A DNA stretch of 64,000 bases from a virus, in IMG/VR virus record IMGVR_UViG_3300020118_000164, positions 29,368 through 93,367 of that record; one strand, written 5' to 3'. This document shows, in pieces, positions 46,421 to 56,223 of this stretch. Positions within the stretch are counted from its first letter, which is position 1. Every line of letters begins with the position of its first letter. The position numbers were made by a program, and so were the translations under genes. Under the pieces are notes generated by a model, which was given only the letters and a program-made list of their open reading frames with translations, was not told where the DNA came from and did not search any database.

Positions 46421-46830
46421 AGCGCGCGGCGGGTCCGTGGGAGTGCGACAAGAGGCAGGAAGGCGTCCCTTGCCGCTGCCCGGCATGGAGGGAGCTTGTC
46501 CAGGAGGGCACCGCAGACGGCTCTATCCCTTCCAAGGTCGTGCGCGGCTGTCACTATGACCTCTTCGAATGGATGATCTCCGGAGCGATCCGGAGCAACA
46601 ATCGCGCGACCGCGGAGGCTAGCTCGGTGCGGGAAGATGTGCAGCGGCTAACGGCGGAGGTGACGCGGCTCAAGGAAACGTTGGCGGGGATGGGGTCAGC
46701 CATGCGGCTTCTGGCCTTCAGCGGAGCGGCACCGGAATTGATGCCGCTCCGCGAATCGGCAGGAACGCTAGTCGAGGCTGGCGATCGTCCTGGCTACCCT
46801 GTCCTCCCCGCGCAAGGTGCCGACGACTAG
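46405..46830 (+). CDS. Fibre-associated Cys/coiled-coil protein
   Basis: CPAW..GC; coiled coil; overlap with the fibre gene. Confidence 0.55.
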   Translation: MAEDVKRAAGPWECDKRQEGVPCRCPAWRELVQEGTADGSIPSKVVRGCHYDLFEWMISGAIRSNNRATAEASSVREDVQRLTAEVTRLKETLAGMGSAMRLLAFSGAAPELMPLRESAGTLVEAGDRPGYPVLPAQGADD

Positions 46831-47109
46831 CGCGCGGGTACCGTCCTTCTCCGTGAGCGCGATGCAGGTACAGGCGTTCTCACCCTCGCACAGGATCGGC
46901 ACGGAGCCGGGCTGATGGGGACCGGGGAGAATGAAGAGCGTGGCGGAGTCGAGGCCGCAGGAGGTCGTAGCAGGCGGATTCGGCGCACCGGGAGTCGTGG
47001 CCCCGGTGACCAGGCCAGAGAGGGTGAAGAGGTTCTCCGCGGCGAGCACGGGGCCGCAGGAGGCGGCGAGGATGAGGGCTACGGCGGCGGCGATGCGGTG
47101 ACGGTTCAT
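46768..47109 (-). CDS. Secreted small protein (paralog of 48125-48484)
   Basis: Signal peptide; FTLSGLV..C.L..ATL..V.GT. Confidence 0.65.
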   Translation of the reverse strand: MNRHRIAAAVALILAASCGPVLAAENLFTLSGLVTGATTPGAPNPPATTSCGLDSATLFILPGPHQPGSVPILCEGENACTCIALTEKDGTRALVVGTLRGEDRVARTIASLD

Positions 47110-47134
47110 GGCGGTCTCCTGGATAGGGGGCTTG

Positions 47135-47410
47135 TTAGGCTTCGTCTTCTGCTTCGGTGACGCGGCGCCGGCGCGCTCTGGCGCCGCCTTTCTTGCCGTT
47201 CTCTCGCGCAGCGCGCGCCTTGCGCTCAGACTTGGCGCTCCCGCCCTTGCGGCCGATCTCGGCGAGGACGGCGGCCAGTAGCTCAGGCGTTACGACCGGG
47301 GCGGCCCTTTGCTGCCGGATCGGCTTGGGCTCATAACCCGTATGCGCTTCACAACGGCGGCTCGGCCTGCCGGAGGATTTCTGGCGGGGAGTACAGGTGC
47401 AGACGCTCAT
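47135..47410 (-). CDS. Small basic DNA-binding protein with KGG / ARENGKKGG motif
   Basis: LAEIGRKGGSAKSERKARAARENGKKGG. Confidence 0.7.
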   Translation of the reverse strand: MSVCTCTPRQKSSGRPSRRCEAHTGYEPKPIRQQRAAPVVTPELLAAVLAEIGRKGGSAKSERKARAARENGKKGGARARRRRVTEAEDEA

Positions 47411-47783
47411 CCCGCCTCCTGGATGCGGCGTAGGAAGCTCTGCATGGAATGACGCTTGCCGGGTGCCTGGTCTCCGAACTCAGACCAGCATGGGACAGTT
47501 CCGCCGCAATGTCTACACTGCCCGGCCCCTTGGCGCGACTTGTCGAGTCTGTGAAGCGCGCGCGCCAGCTCGCGGTTGCGGGTGATCCGGTCGTCGGTCG
47601 TCTTCATGATGCCGCCTCCTCCGCCTTCCTTTGTGCGTCCACCATTGTCCACGCGCTCCCATCATTCCTCGGCTCAACATCCACCGAGTTACACCGGGGG
47701 CATTGCGGCGTGAGCTTGGTTGTGCTCCATGCCTTGCCGCACTCCATGCAGCGGACTTGGATCTTGAGGTTATGATCTCCCTT

Positions 47784-47987
47784 TCAATCGTGCGGGGCAG
47801 AGGGAACCGCACTCATAAGAGTTTGGATTGTCTCCCTCATCTCCTCGTAAGTGAGTTCCTTATCGCGTTTTCCGAAGTACTCTGGCCAATCCCTCTTGAT
47901 GACTCCATCAGGCCAATTCATCTCAGCAACATAATCAAGAGCGGCTGCTAGCGTTTTGAGCTGTTTGCGATTAAGTTGGGGCGTCAT
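47784..47987 (-). CDS. Small hypothetical protein (lower GC)
   Basis: AAGGAG RBS; first gene after promoter 48015-48044. Confidence 0.55.
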   Translation of the reverse strand: MTPQLNRKQLKTLAAALDYVAEMNWPDGVIKRDWPEYFGKRDKELTYEEMRETIQTLMSAVPSAPHD

Positions 47988-48014
47988 CGGGTCTCCTTTT
48001 CTCTGACTGTCCAC

Positions 48015-48044
48015 AGGATAACCCAAGCCGTTGGGCTAAGTCAA
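48015..48044 (-). promoter_or_regulatory. Promoter TTGACT-N18-TATCCT with palindrome CCCAA-N4-TTGGG
   Basis: Inverted repeat within the spacer. Confidence 0.65.
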
Positions 48045-48124
48045 GCCGTTGTGGTCGATTGAGCCACAAAGAAATCTTTGTGGCTCTCGGGAGCCCGGTG
48101 AGTGGGTGGAGGTCTGGCGGCCTA

Positions 48125-48484
48125 CTACTGCACGTAGTTCGCGGAGAGGATCGTCTGCACGTCCTCGGCGCCGGGGCCGACCCTCTGGCTGCTTACCGTG
48201 CCGGACACGTAGACGGCCGTCGCGGGCGCGTGATTCCATGCCGCGCAGGCAAGCGTCTGGCCCCAGAAGAGCACGGCGATGAGAGCGCCGTTCACGTTGA
48301 CGTACATGGTCGCGTAGGGGAGCGAGCAGACCGGGGCGGGCTGCCAGTAGTTGACGCTGTGTAGGCCCGAGCTGGTATAGACATCGAAGACGAGGCCGGA
48401 GAGGGCGAAGGTGCCGCTTTGGGCGGAGGCGGCAGAGGCGGTGAGCAGCGCGGCGAGGACGACGGCAATCAGGGTAGTCTTCAA
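48125..48484 (-). CDS. Secreted small protein (OB-fold-like, paralog of 46768-47109)
   Basis: GAGGAG RBS; MKTTLIAVVLAALLTASAASA signal. Confidence 0.7.
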   Translation of the reverse strand: MKTTLIAVVLAALLTASAASAQSGTFALSGLVFDVYTSSGLHSVNYWQPAPVCSLPYATMYVNVNGALIAVLFWGQTLACAAWNHAPATAVYVSGTVSSQRVGPGAEDVQTILSANYVQ

Positions 48485-48582
48485 GCGTGATCTCCTCTCA
48501 AAGAGATGAACCGCACAGGGGATTGCCCCCTGCGAGGGGGCGAAGCGGGGCGCCTATTCTAGCGCCATGCGCCTGGCAATGC

Positions 48583-48984
48583 CTATCGCGGCGGCCCCTC
48601 GCCGGCTGCGCGGCGGCGCAGGAAGTTGGTGTGCCGGCAGAGGTGGCAACAATCGCTTAGGTTCTTGGGGTTATTGACTGCGCGGTGGGAGCGGAGTGAG
48701 TAGTTGCCGCACCGACAACGGACAACCCACCGCGGGCCCTTCGCCGATCGGGTCACCGAGACCCCGAGCACCGCGAAGCCACCGAAGCGCAGGCCGACTA
48801 GTTGCGGCTCATCGCGGTACGGCAGTCGATACGGTAGCGGCACGGCGGAGCACGGCTCGGTCCCGAACTCCTTCGCAGGCAAGTAGGGGTCGGATGACGG
48901 TGCCAATACCTTCGCCGCCGTCTGGTCGATCGGCCGTCGCGCATGTAGGTCACGCGGGTGAGAGTCAGTGCGGCGCTTCGTCAC
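48583..48984 (-). CDS. HNH/AP2 N-terminal-like Zn-binding protein
   Basis: LVG.RFG.F.VLG...RWVVRCRCGN. Confidence 0.55.
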   Translation of the reverse strand: MTKRRTDSHPRDLHARRPIDQTAAKVLAPSSDPYLPAKEFGTEPCSAVPLPYRLPYRDEPQLVGLRFGGFAVLGVSVTRSAKGPRWVVRCRCGNYSLRSHRAVNNPKNLSDCCHLCRHTNFLRRRAAGEGPPR

Positions 48985-49000
48985 GGCGGCGCCCCCCGCG

Positions 49001-49456
49001 TCACGCTCTGCGATTGTTGATCTCGAAGACCGCCGTCTCCAGCGCGTCGTGCTCGTCGCCAGTCAGGGCGGAGCCATCGGCATGCCGGACCTCGGCGCGC
49101 CACCAGCGGGCGGAGTAGGAGCCGTCCGGGTACCGCCGCGCGAGGTGGTTGCGGCACGCCTCGGCGGTCGCGAGACTCTTGTGCTCGTGGCCGCAGTCGC
49201 GCTCCACGATGGGCGAGGCGTCCGCGTGCCGCAAGTTCGGGGAGACGACTACGACGGAGTAGCGCATCTCTTCGACCACGAGATGGGCGCCGTCGTCACC
49301 GGTCGCCTGCGCGGCGTCCGCCGCGTCGCGGTAGCCCGCGTCCTGCGCCATCGCGTCCAGGGCTGCCGCAGGGCTCTGCGCCAGGTAGACGCCGAGGGTA
49401 GCGCCGGAGGTGGAAGAGCTGATGCTGTAGAAGCGGGGAGTCGAGGTGGCGTTCAT
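49001..49456 (-). CDS. Early phage hypothetical protein
   Basis: AAGGAG RBS; SG..LG.Y.A.....ALDAMAQDAGY motif. Confidence 0.65.
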   Translation of the reverse strand: MNATSTPRFYSISSSTSGATLGVYLAQSPAAALDAMAQDAGYRDAADAAQATGDDGAHLVVEEMRYSVVVVSPNLRHADASPIVERDCGHEHKSLATAEACRNHLARRYPDGSYSARWWRAEVRHADGSALTGDEHDALETAVFEINNRRA

Positions 49457-49515
49457 TGCCGTTCTCCTTGCCCCTGAAGGGGCGGTTGGGTTGGCTAGTA
49501 GCTCTCTATGTCCCT

Positions 49516-49544
49516 ACTGTACGCAATGCGGGCTCCCATGTCAA
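49516..49544 (-). promoter_or_regulatory. Strong promoter TTGACA-N17-TACAGT with operator class B
   Basis: Consensus -35; GTACGCAATGCGGGCT at 49519-49534. Confidence 0.75.
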
Positions 49545-49693
49545 GGGGGAATCGGACATCCATCTTCTGCCGAGCCGCTACCGCCAGGCGCCCGGCAACG
49601 TAGCCAGGTAGCAGGCCCCCAAGAAGAGGGCGAGCAGGAAGGCGGCGCAGAGGATGGCCGCTAGGGCGGCGAGGGCCTTCTTCCCCGCGGTGG

Positions 49694-50020
49694 CTAGGTC
49701 GCGCATCCCGGAGGGCCAAAGCTCGAACAGACCCCTTGGCTGTTGTAGGTGTAGCAGACGCACCGGACCTGGCAGGTCCACGAGCCGTCGTTGGCGACGG
49801 CGCACACCTGACCGCCGTAGTCGTCGCAGTCGAAGTACCGATAGGCCGAGTCCGCCGCATACTCATAGCAATCCGGATCGGTGGCCGGGGACTGGTTTCG
49901 GAGCTGGACGCGGGTACCTCCGGCCGGACCGGCGATGGCTGGCGGCCCAGCGAGAGCTAGGAGGATCAGCGCGAGGGCGAAAAGTGAACAGCGGTAGGAC
50001 GGGGCCAACTTTCTCTTCAT
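49694..50020 (-). CDS. Secreted Cys-rich (8 Cys) small protein
   Basis: Signal peptide followed by 8 cysteines. Confidence 0.65.
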   Translation of the reverse strand: MKRKLAPSYRCSLFALALILLALAGPPAIAGPAGGTRVQLRNQSPATDPDCYEYAADSAYRYFDCDDYGGQVCAVANDGSWTCQVRCVCYTYNSQGVCSSFGPPGCAT

Positions 50021-50753
50021 CGGGTGCTCCCTTCGGTAAGGCGGGCCACCTCGGCACGCCTACGGTTCATCATGGCCATGACTTCCTCTACGCGGTCTTC
50101 CGCTATGCGCCGCGCCCGGAGGTCTCCCGCCGGATCGCATCTGGTCTCTAGGTCATGTATCCAGTCTCGGACGGGGCCGGGTAGGGCGTTGATCGCGGCG
50201 GCCGTGGCTTCCCATCCGAGGTGGGCATGCTCACGAGACTCAGGGCCGCTAGCTTCCGGGAGGTCAGCGATGGCCTGCCGGAGTCGGTCGAGACCGGAGG
50301 GATGGTGCGAGTAAAAGCCTTCACTCCGTTCGATGGAGTCATCCACGAGCGCCAGGACTGCGGCGCGGTCTATCGGCCCATTCACGGCTTGATCTCTAGA
50401 ACGCCCACCATGACGCCCAGGGCGCCCCGTATGCCCGCCTGCTGCTCATACGGCACCACAGCCCCAAGCCCAACCGCAACGGAGAGGTGAGGACTAGAGG
50501 CAAAAACATGGGCCACGGCTCCGCCAGCGGACTTGGAGCCGACCAGGAAGAGGAGCTGTCCGCTGCCGTGGCGGAAGATGGACCGCCAACTGCCCACGGG
50601 GATGGCCACGCCCTCGCTACAGGCACCCTTCGCGGGGCACCAGACGGCCGCAGAGGTGCCCATGGACGGAGGCGGCGGAGATGGCTGCTCCGGCGGCGGA
50701 GTGCCTACCTGGGCTGCGTAGAGCGCAGCGGCGAGGACGGGACCGAAGATCAT
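50017..50753 (-). CDS. Two coupled ORFs (50017-50385 hypothetical; 50382-50753 secreted beta-rich)
   Basis: 4-nt overlaps; RWIHDLETRCDPAGD-type motif; signal-like N-terminus. Confidence 0.5.
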
Positions 50754-51077
50754 GGCTTCTCGCCTTGTCCCTTACCGAGGGTTGCCGCCAAAACCTGCGC
50801 CATGTCACCGCGCAGGCGCTCGGCGTGGCACTCCCGGCAGATCTCCCGACGCCATCGTAGGCTCGGCTTGTTCCGGTCCGGGACGGCTGCGGGACGTTCG
50901 CGGCAGATCTTGCAGAGAGGTGGCTTGCTCACGGCCTTGGCCTCGGCTTCAGCTTGCTGGCGGGTCGAGGAATGCAGCGTCGGTGCGCGTAACCGCCCGC
51001 CACGATCACGCGCGGCCCCACCTTCCCGCAATAGACGCAGTGGCGCGAGACGTGGCCCCATGGAAGCCTCTTTTGGC

Positions 51078-52199
51078 TCACGGCTTCGGCTCCTCCTGCG
51101 GCATCTCCGCCCAGAAGAGCCGCACCACGCGGAGGGCTGTGTCCATCATGTGGCAGTAATCGCGAAGGATCTCCGGTTCGTCGGCGACGCAGATGTCTTC
51201 CTCCCATGCCGCGCTGCCGTCCGGTTTCACGATGCCGTAGCCGTAGGGCTGGGGCGGTTCGGGCTCCGGCTTCGCCACGTCGCCGACCGTGCCGCCTACG
51301 TAAATGGTCTCCAGGAAGGAGCGCACCGTGTCGTCGTTCAGTGGACGCCCACAGGCATCGGGCGCCTGCCCACAGTCGAGAGGGGTCGGCTGCGCCTCCG
51401 GGAGGGCGCGGATGGCGGCGGGGGCGATAGTGCGCGCACGCTCTTCGGATGCGGCGACGGCGAAGCGGACGGGGCGCCCGAGGCCGCGGGCGTAGGCGAT
51501 CTCGCTCGTGGTGGAACTGCCGAAGTAGCCGGTGGCATCGGAGACGACGAGCACCTCGTCGGCAAGGTCTATCTTGCGCTTGTGCAGCTCGTCGAGCGCT
51601 GTCTTATCCGGCCCGTCCGTCCTGATCGGCTCCGCGCCATCCTGGATCAGGACTCCGACGGAAAGTACGATCCGACCAGCGAACGATTCCGCGCGATAGG
51701 CCTCTCTCCATGCATCCGGGAAGCGCGTCGAGCCGCAGAGGCAGACGATGGTCGGGCGATCGACGCTCACTCCCGCCGCGGGCGCGGCCAGTTGAGATTC
51801 AGCCGGCCGAAACTCAACAGCCCCATCTTCGTCTAGCGGCCGCCCATGGAGGCGCGAAGAGCCTCTCTTCCGCCCGACGTCCACCCCCGCCGCGGGCGCC
51901 CGGAGCCGTAACATCGGGGGCCGGGTGGGCTGCCAGCACTTGGAGCAGGATGGCCGGTCGCGGCCCGTCATGTAGCCGCACTCGCAGATCCAGCTCTCGG
52001 TGTCGAACCAGTAGCCGCGAATCGCCGCGGGCGCCCGGAGGAGGGCGGCGGCGGCCTCGCGCAACTTGGCGGCCTTGATGTAGAGCTCGCTCATCTCGCC
52101 ACCCGTGAATCCTTCGTGCGGGCTTTCGATCCGGGCCTCCTCTTCGCTCGCCCAGGCGAGGAGGTCGGATGCGATCTCTGCGTTGGCCCTCTCACTCAT
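51078..52199 (-). CDS. Mosaic protein containing a nucleoside-deoxyribosyltransferase-like (DUF4406-like) domain
   Basis: IVCLCGSTRF..GRIVLSV..LDELHKRKIDLADEVLV..GY.G.ST.SEIAYA. Confidence 0.7.
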   Translation of the reverse strand: MSERANAEIASDLLAWASEEEARIESPHEGFTGGEMSELYIKAAKLREAAAALLRAPAAIRGYWFDTESWICECGYMTGRDRPSCSKCWQPTRPPMLRLRAPAAGVDVGRKRGSSRLHGRPLDEDGAVEFRPAESQLAAPAAGVSVDRPTIVCLCGSTRFPDAWREAYRAESFAGRIVLSVGVLIQDGAEPIRTDGPDKTALDELHKRKIDLADEVLVVSDATGYFGSSTTSEIAYARGLGRPVRFAVAASEERARTIAPAAIRALPEAQPTPLDCGQAPDACGRPLNDDTVRSFLETIYVGGTVGDVAKPEPEPPQPYGYGIVKPDGSAAWEEDICVADEPEILRDYCHMMDTALRVVRLFWAEMPQEEPKP

Positions 52200-52912
52200 A
52201 GCGGACCTCCCGGAGCACGGCCCCGTCGTGAATGAGCACGATTTCCTCCGGCTCTTCGTCGCCCTCCCACTCGGCGCCCCACTCCGCGCGCATCGCGCCG
52301 AGCCAGGCCGCGCGGGCGCGGTCCATGGTGGCGGCCTCGACGAAATGCTCTTCGCCGTCGAACGTCACGCGGTAGAGGCGTCGCCGCTCCCCCTCGCCCG
52401 CGGGCAGGGCCTCCGGCTCGGCCCGCTCTCCTGCGGAAGCCAGAGACCGTGGTCGGCTCGGACCTGGGCGCCAGGCCAGAACCTCAAGCTCCGGCCGCTC
52501 GACGCTCTTGTAGGTGAACAGCCATGTCGGCGCAGTAGGCGCCCGTGGACATGTGCCGAACGGGTCGGGACCGCCGGAACTGAACGGCCCCATCCAGGCG
52601 CCGCACCCGCGAGAACAATCGGAGGTGCCGTGCTGATCTGGATAGGCGTGCTTCCGATCGGGCGCCGCAAAGACGGCCGGCGTCCAGCTCTCGGTGCCCG
52701 AGTTGCCGTCGAGCACCCAGACGATCACCCACTCGTCGAGGGGAGGTTCCCCATCGGTCCAGCCGTCGCCCTCGCCCGCGGGCAGGGGGTAGGAGCGGAG
52801 GAGGGACTCGATCCGGTCGAGTTCCTCCGGCAACGGATTGCTGCGGACGAAATGCCAACTGTTCACGATATTAGCCAGCCCGTCCAACTCCTCCCGCGTC
52901 GGCCCGCTCACG
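52192..52912 (-). CDS. Mosaic hypothetical protein
   Basis: Repeated LPAGEG linker; DCSRGCG..GG.DPFG.CP module. Confidence 0.5.
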
Positions 52913-53181
52913 CCGCGCCCCGCAATCGCCGGAAGATCACGTCCACGGCGGGGCCGAGCGCCCACCCACCGAGGTCGCGCCGCGGGTCGTCCTGGATGAG
53001 AACGAGGCGGTCAGCCATCTCGTTGCTCCCGTTCGTGAACAGGTCGCCGGCGATCTCGCAAGCGAGGTCGCGAAGCTTCTTCTCTTCGGGCGTGAGCGCC
53101 ACCCCTTGCCTTACCGGCCGGCTCATGACGCCCTCCCCGTCAACGGGCGCCGCGTCACGAAGGGCCTGCCCGTTGGGCCGC

Positions 53182-53526
53182 TCATTTCGACTCCTTAGTG
53201 TCGGCGGAGGCCGTACCAGAGGCGGCACCAGCCTCCGCGCCCTTCGTCTCGAAGATGACGCGGACGGTGCGGGTGATCTCGCGTGGCGGGTGATCCTTCT
53301 CCGGCTCCCTCCAGGCGTTCAGCGCCTGCCATGCGAAGAAGCTAAGAAACGCGGAAGCCACCGTCGTCAGCGCCCAGGCCAGCAGACCCGCCGAAAGGCC
53401 CCAGAAGCGCCCGACGAGATCTCCCGCCAAGAAGAGACCGTTCAGCACAAACGCATCCCTCATACGGAACTTCATGCTATAGTCCCTCCCCAGAACTTCC
53501 CCCGGTAGCGGGGCTCGTCTGCACAT
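53182..53526 (-). CDS. Membrane protein
   Basis: Hydrophobic helices; downstream of an operator-A promoter. Confidence 0.45.
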   Translation of the reverse strand: MCRRAPLPGEVLGRDYSMKFRMRDAFVLNGLFLAGDLVGRFWGLSAGLLAWALTTVASAFLSFFAWQALNAWREPEKDHPPREITRTVRVIFETKGAEAGAASGTASADTKESK

Positions 53527-53544
53527 CCCATCCTGACCAAGGGG

Positions 53545-53573
53545 AGGCTACCATAGCATGGTGACTCCGTCAA
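53545..53573 (-). promoter_or_regulatory. Promoter TTGACG-N17-TAGCCT with operator A (53550-53562)
   Basis: ACCATAGCATGGT in the spacer. Confidence 0.7.
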
Positions 53574-53750
53574 GCCCGGTGACTCACTGGTGGGATGAGG
53601 CCAGGAGAGAGCAGTGCGCCCGCAGGAAAGCGGCGCTGACGGATGGTGGAAGCGGCGTAGATCCGCACCGTTCGCGCCCCTCGCTTCTTTGGACTGCCTG
53701 CGTATGCTTCCTCGCCGCCGCTGTTGTCCTGAGCGTCTGGAGTCTCGCCA

Positions 53751-54899
53751 ATGGGTAGCGGACAAGGACCTGAGCACTTCCAGGTGCCGGCCGCGGTCAG
53801 CCTCTTCCACGGTGTCGATACCGTGACAGAGGGCCTCGTACACGGCAAGTTCACCTCCAACCAAGAGGCGCTCGCCGCCTGTCTGGCACTCGGAACAAAA
53901 GGCCCTCTCCACTCGACGGCGACGGCTGAGGAGTTCTTCGCCGGGCAGATCCGATACGGCCACATGAGCAGCGGGCCGGATGGGGTCAAGCGGAACGAGA
54001 TCTTTGCGCCAGCGCCCCATAGCATCCTGTGGGGCCTGCCGCTTTCACTGCTCGGCCTCTGGGCTCCGGATGGCCCCCTGCGCGATGCCGCCGTCATGTG
54101 GTGGGCCGTGCAGTTCGTCCTGTGCCAAGCGTTCTGGACTCCGGGGGCCGGGCTGCGGGCGCCTTGCGGCCGGTTCCTGTGGCCCAAGGATACGGACCCG
54201 GTGCCCGACTGGACCGTATGGAGCGTGACCTATGCGCGTTTTGCAGGGCTGCCGGAGGACGGACTCGGCCACGCGCATGATGTCACCTTCGACGCCTTTG
54301 GGGCTATGCTCCACCGCTTAGGCGACGAGATCCGGGCAGCGGTCGCGAGCGCTCCGGTGCCGATCCTAGCCATGCCTCTCAAGCGCTGGGAGCGAGAAGG
54401 TGGCGGCTACTTCGCCGCCTTCGACGGCCAGCCCCCGATGAATGACCCGCTCGCGTGGCTAGAGGTTGACTCCTCGGGCCGCGTCCTCAACGGCGGCAAG
54501 GGGCTCGACAGTCTGCCCTCGCTTGCGGGCGAGCCCGTCATCATCGGCCGCATGGCCGGCGCCTCTGCCCAAGAGTCCTCGGGCGCGGCGGGTGACTCGC
54601 CGCAGCCATCCGCGCCACCGCCTGCGGCGCCTGCGGTCGTCACGCCTCCCGCGGCCGCTCCTCCGGTTCAGCCGCGGGCACCTCAGCCGCGCGCCGCGGG
54701 AGCAATCGCAGCCGACGTGATGCGCCTCCAGGTCGCCAACAAAGACCGCTCCCGCTTGCGCGAGATCGCCATGGAGATCTCCGGCGCGATCAAGCCCTGG
54801 CGCACATGGGAGCAAGTCGCTGATGACCTCCTCTCCCTCGGACCGCAGCATGCCGATGTTCAGGCGCTTGCGGCGGAGGTTCGGAGCATGGGGGCCTGA
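53751..54899 (+). CDS. Hypothetical protein with Pro/Ala linker
   Basis: 382-aa ORF; globular domain, linker, short helical domain. Confidence 0.55.
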   Translation: MGSGQGPEHFQVPAAVSLFHGVDTVTEGLVHGKFTSNQEALAACLALGTKGPLHSTATAEEFFAGQIRYGHMSSGPDGVKRNEIFAPAPHSILWGLPLSLLGLWAPDGPLRDAAVMWWAVQFVLCQAFWTPGAGLRAPCGRFLWPKDTDPVPDWTVWSVTYARFAGLPEDGLGHAHDVTFDAFGAMLHRLGDEIRAAVASAPVPILAMPLKRWEREGGGYFAAFDGQPPMNDPLAWLEVDSSGRVLNGGKGLDSLPSLAGEPVIIGRMAGASAQESSGAAGDSPQPSAPPPAAPAVVTPPAAAPPVQPRAPQPRAAGAIAADVMRLQVANKDRSRLREIAMEISGAIKPWRTWEQVADDLLSLGPQHADVQALAAEVRSMGA

Positions 54900-54956
54900 C
54901 ATGCGGAGCATCCGAAATGAACCGTCGAATCATTCCTCTGAGAAAGGGGAGTCCTG

Positions 54957-55745
54957 ATGAAAATGGCAGACGCGATCGTCGCCACCGCCGCCGCGCACCC
55001 ATCGCTCGGCCTGCTCGCCACTGAGACGCTTTCCTACCAGGTAGCCGGCATCTCGAATGCCCGAGATAAGATCCATGGCACCTTCAACCCGCAGACGGCG
55101 CCGTTCGACTTCCAAACTCCGCGGCCGGTGCTCTCTGCGATCTTCGTGCAGCGCTACGGCCACGGCTTCGGTCTGCCGTATCGAACCTCCGCTGACCCGA
55201 ACGAGGGCGGCACGCAACCGGACGCGGACAACCGCAATTACGGGTGGGAGGAAGAGGAAAACTTCCCCTACCCGACCGATGCGACCCTCCAGAAGCTCGG
55301 CTTCCCGGCCGGATACAAGCTCTCAGCCGATGGCATGGACAGGACCGACATGCAGGCATGCGTCCGGTTCACAGAGTTGGTGATCCGGCCCCTCAACGCC
55401 GGCAAGCCGATCGGGACGCAGGTCGGTGGCCTGCTCGGTCCGGCCGCGAAGATTCCGACCGGCGGCGCGACCGTGGTCATCACGGCCCCGCCCCTTCCCG
55501 CGCCTGTCACGCCGGCCGCTCCCGCCGTCAGTGCGCCGCCCGCAGTTGCAGCGCCGCCTCTGGCGGCAGCCCCGGCCGCCGGCCCGGATCTCTCGGCCCT
55601 CCTCGGTGTGCTCGCCGCGTCGGGCGGCATTGCTGGACCCGCGGCAGCTCCCGCGCCCGCGCCTGCTCAGGTGAACCTCCTCGGCCAGTTGACGCAGCTC
55701 CTCCAGTTCTACGCCATGCTCCGCGCCACGGGGCTGGTCAAATAG
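54957..55745 (+). CDS. Hypothetical protein with Pro/Ala-rich tail
   Basis: GGGGAG RBS; strong codon bias. Confidence 0.65.
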   Translation: MKMADAIVATAAAHPSLGLLATETLSYQVAGISNARDKIHGTFNPQTAPFDFQTPRPVLSAIFVQRYGHGFGLPYRTSADPNEGGTQPDADNRNYGWEEEENFPYPTDATLQKLGFPAGYKLSADGMDRTDMQACVRFTELVIRPLNAGKPIGTQVGGLLGPAAKIPTGGATVVITAPPLPAPVTPAAPAVSAPPAVAAPPLAAAPAAGPDLSALLGVLAASGGIAGPAAAPAPAPAQVNLLGQLTQLLQFYAMLRATGLVK

Positions 55746-56223
55746 GGGGTCGCCGTGGACGGATGGAAGTGTCCCAACTGCGGCGCCGGCAATGCGCCAT
55801 GGGTTGCGCGATGCTCCTGCGTCGCCGCCTCTGTCCCGTCGCCCGTCATTCCGTTCGACACGGCACGGCCGGTGTCGAAGGTGACGATCACGCGCTGGCC
55901 GCCATCGAATCCCGGCAGCACTGGCTGGCTCGGTCCTTTTCCGTCATGGGGAACGGGATCGTTGACTCTGCGCACGCCCCGCGTCTATACGGTTTACGGC
56001 GCGTACGAGGAGCCGATCTGAGTCCCGCGAACGAGAATCTCCGAGCCTGCCCAGAGTGCCGCAAGCTCGACGGCGAGCACAAGCTACAGTGCTCGCGGCG
56101 AGAGGGTCCGCGTGCGCAAGCTCTAGCATTGATTGAGGCGGCCGAGGGCAGGGTCTATCTAGTTCTGGAGGCCGAGCGTCGCGACCGGGAGTCCGTGCTG
56201 GCGGATCAGCGGAGGCGGAAGGT

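Noticed and set aside
50487-53508. Plus-strand ORFs 50487-51836 and 52105-53508
   Set aside because: Shadows of coupled minus-strand genes that carry recognisable motifs
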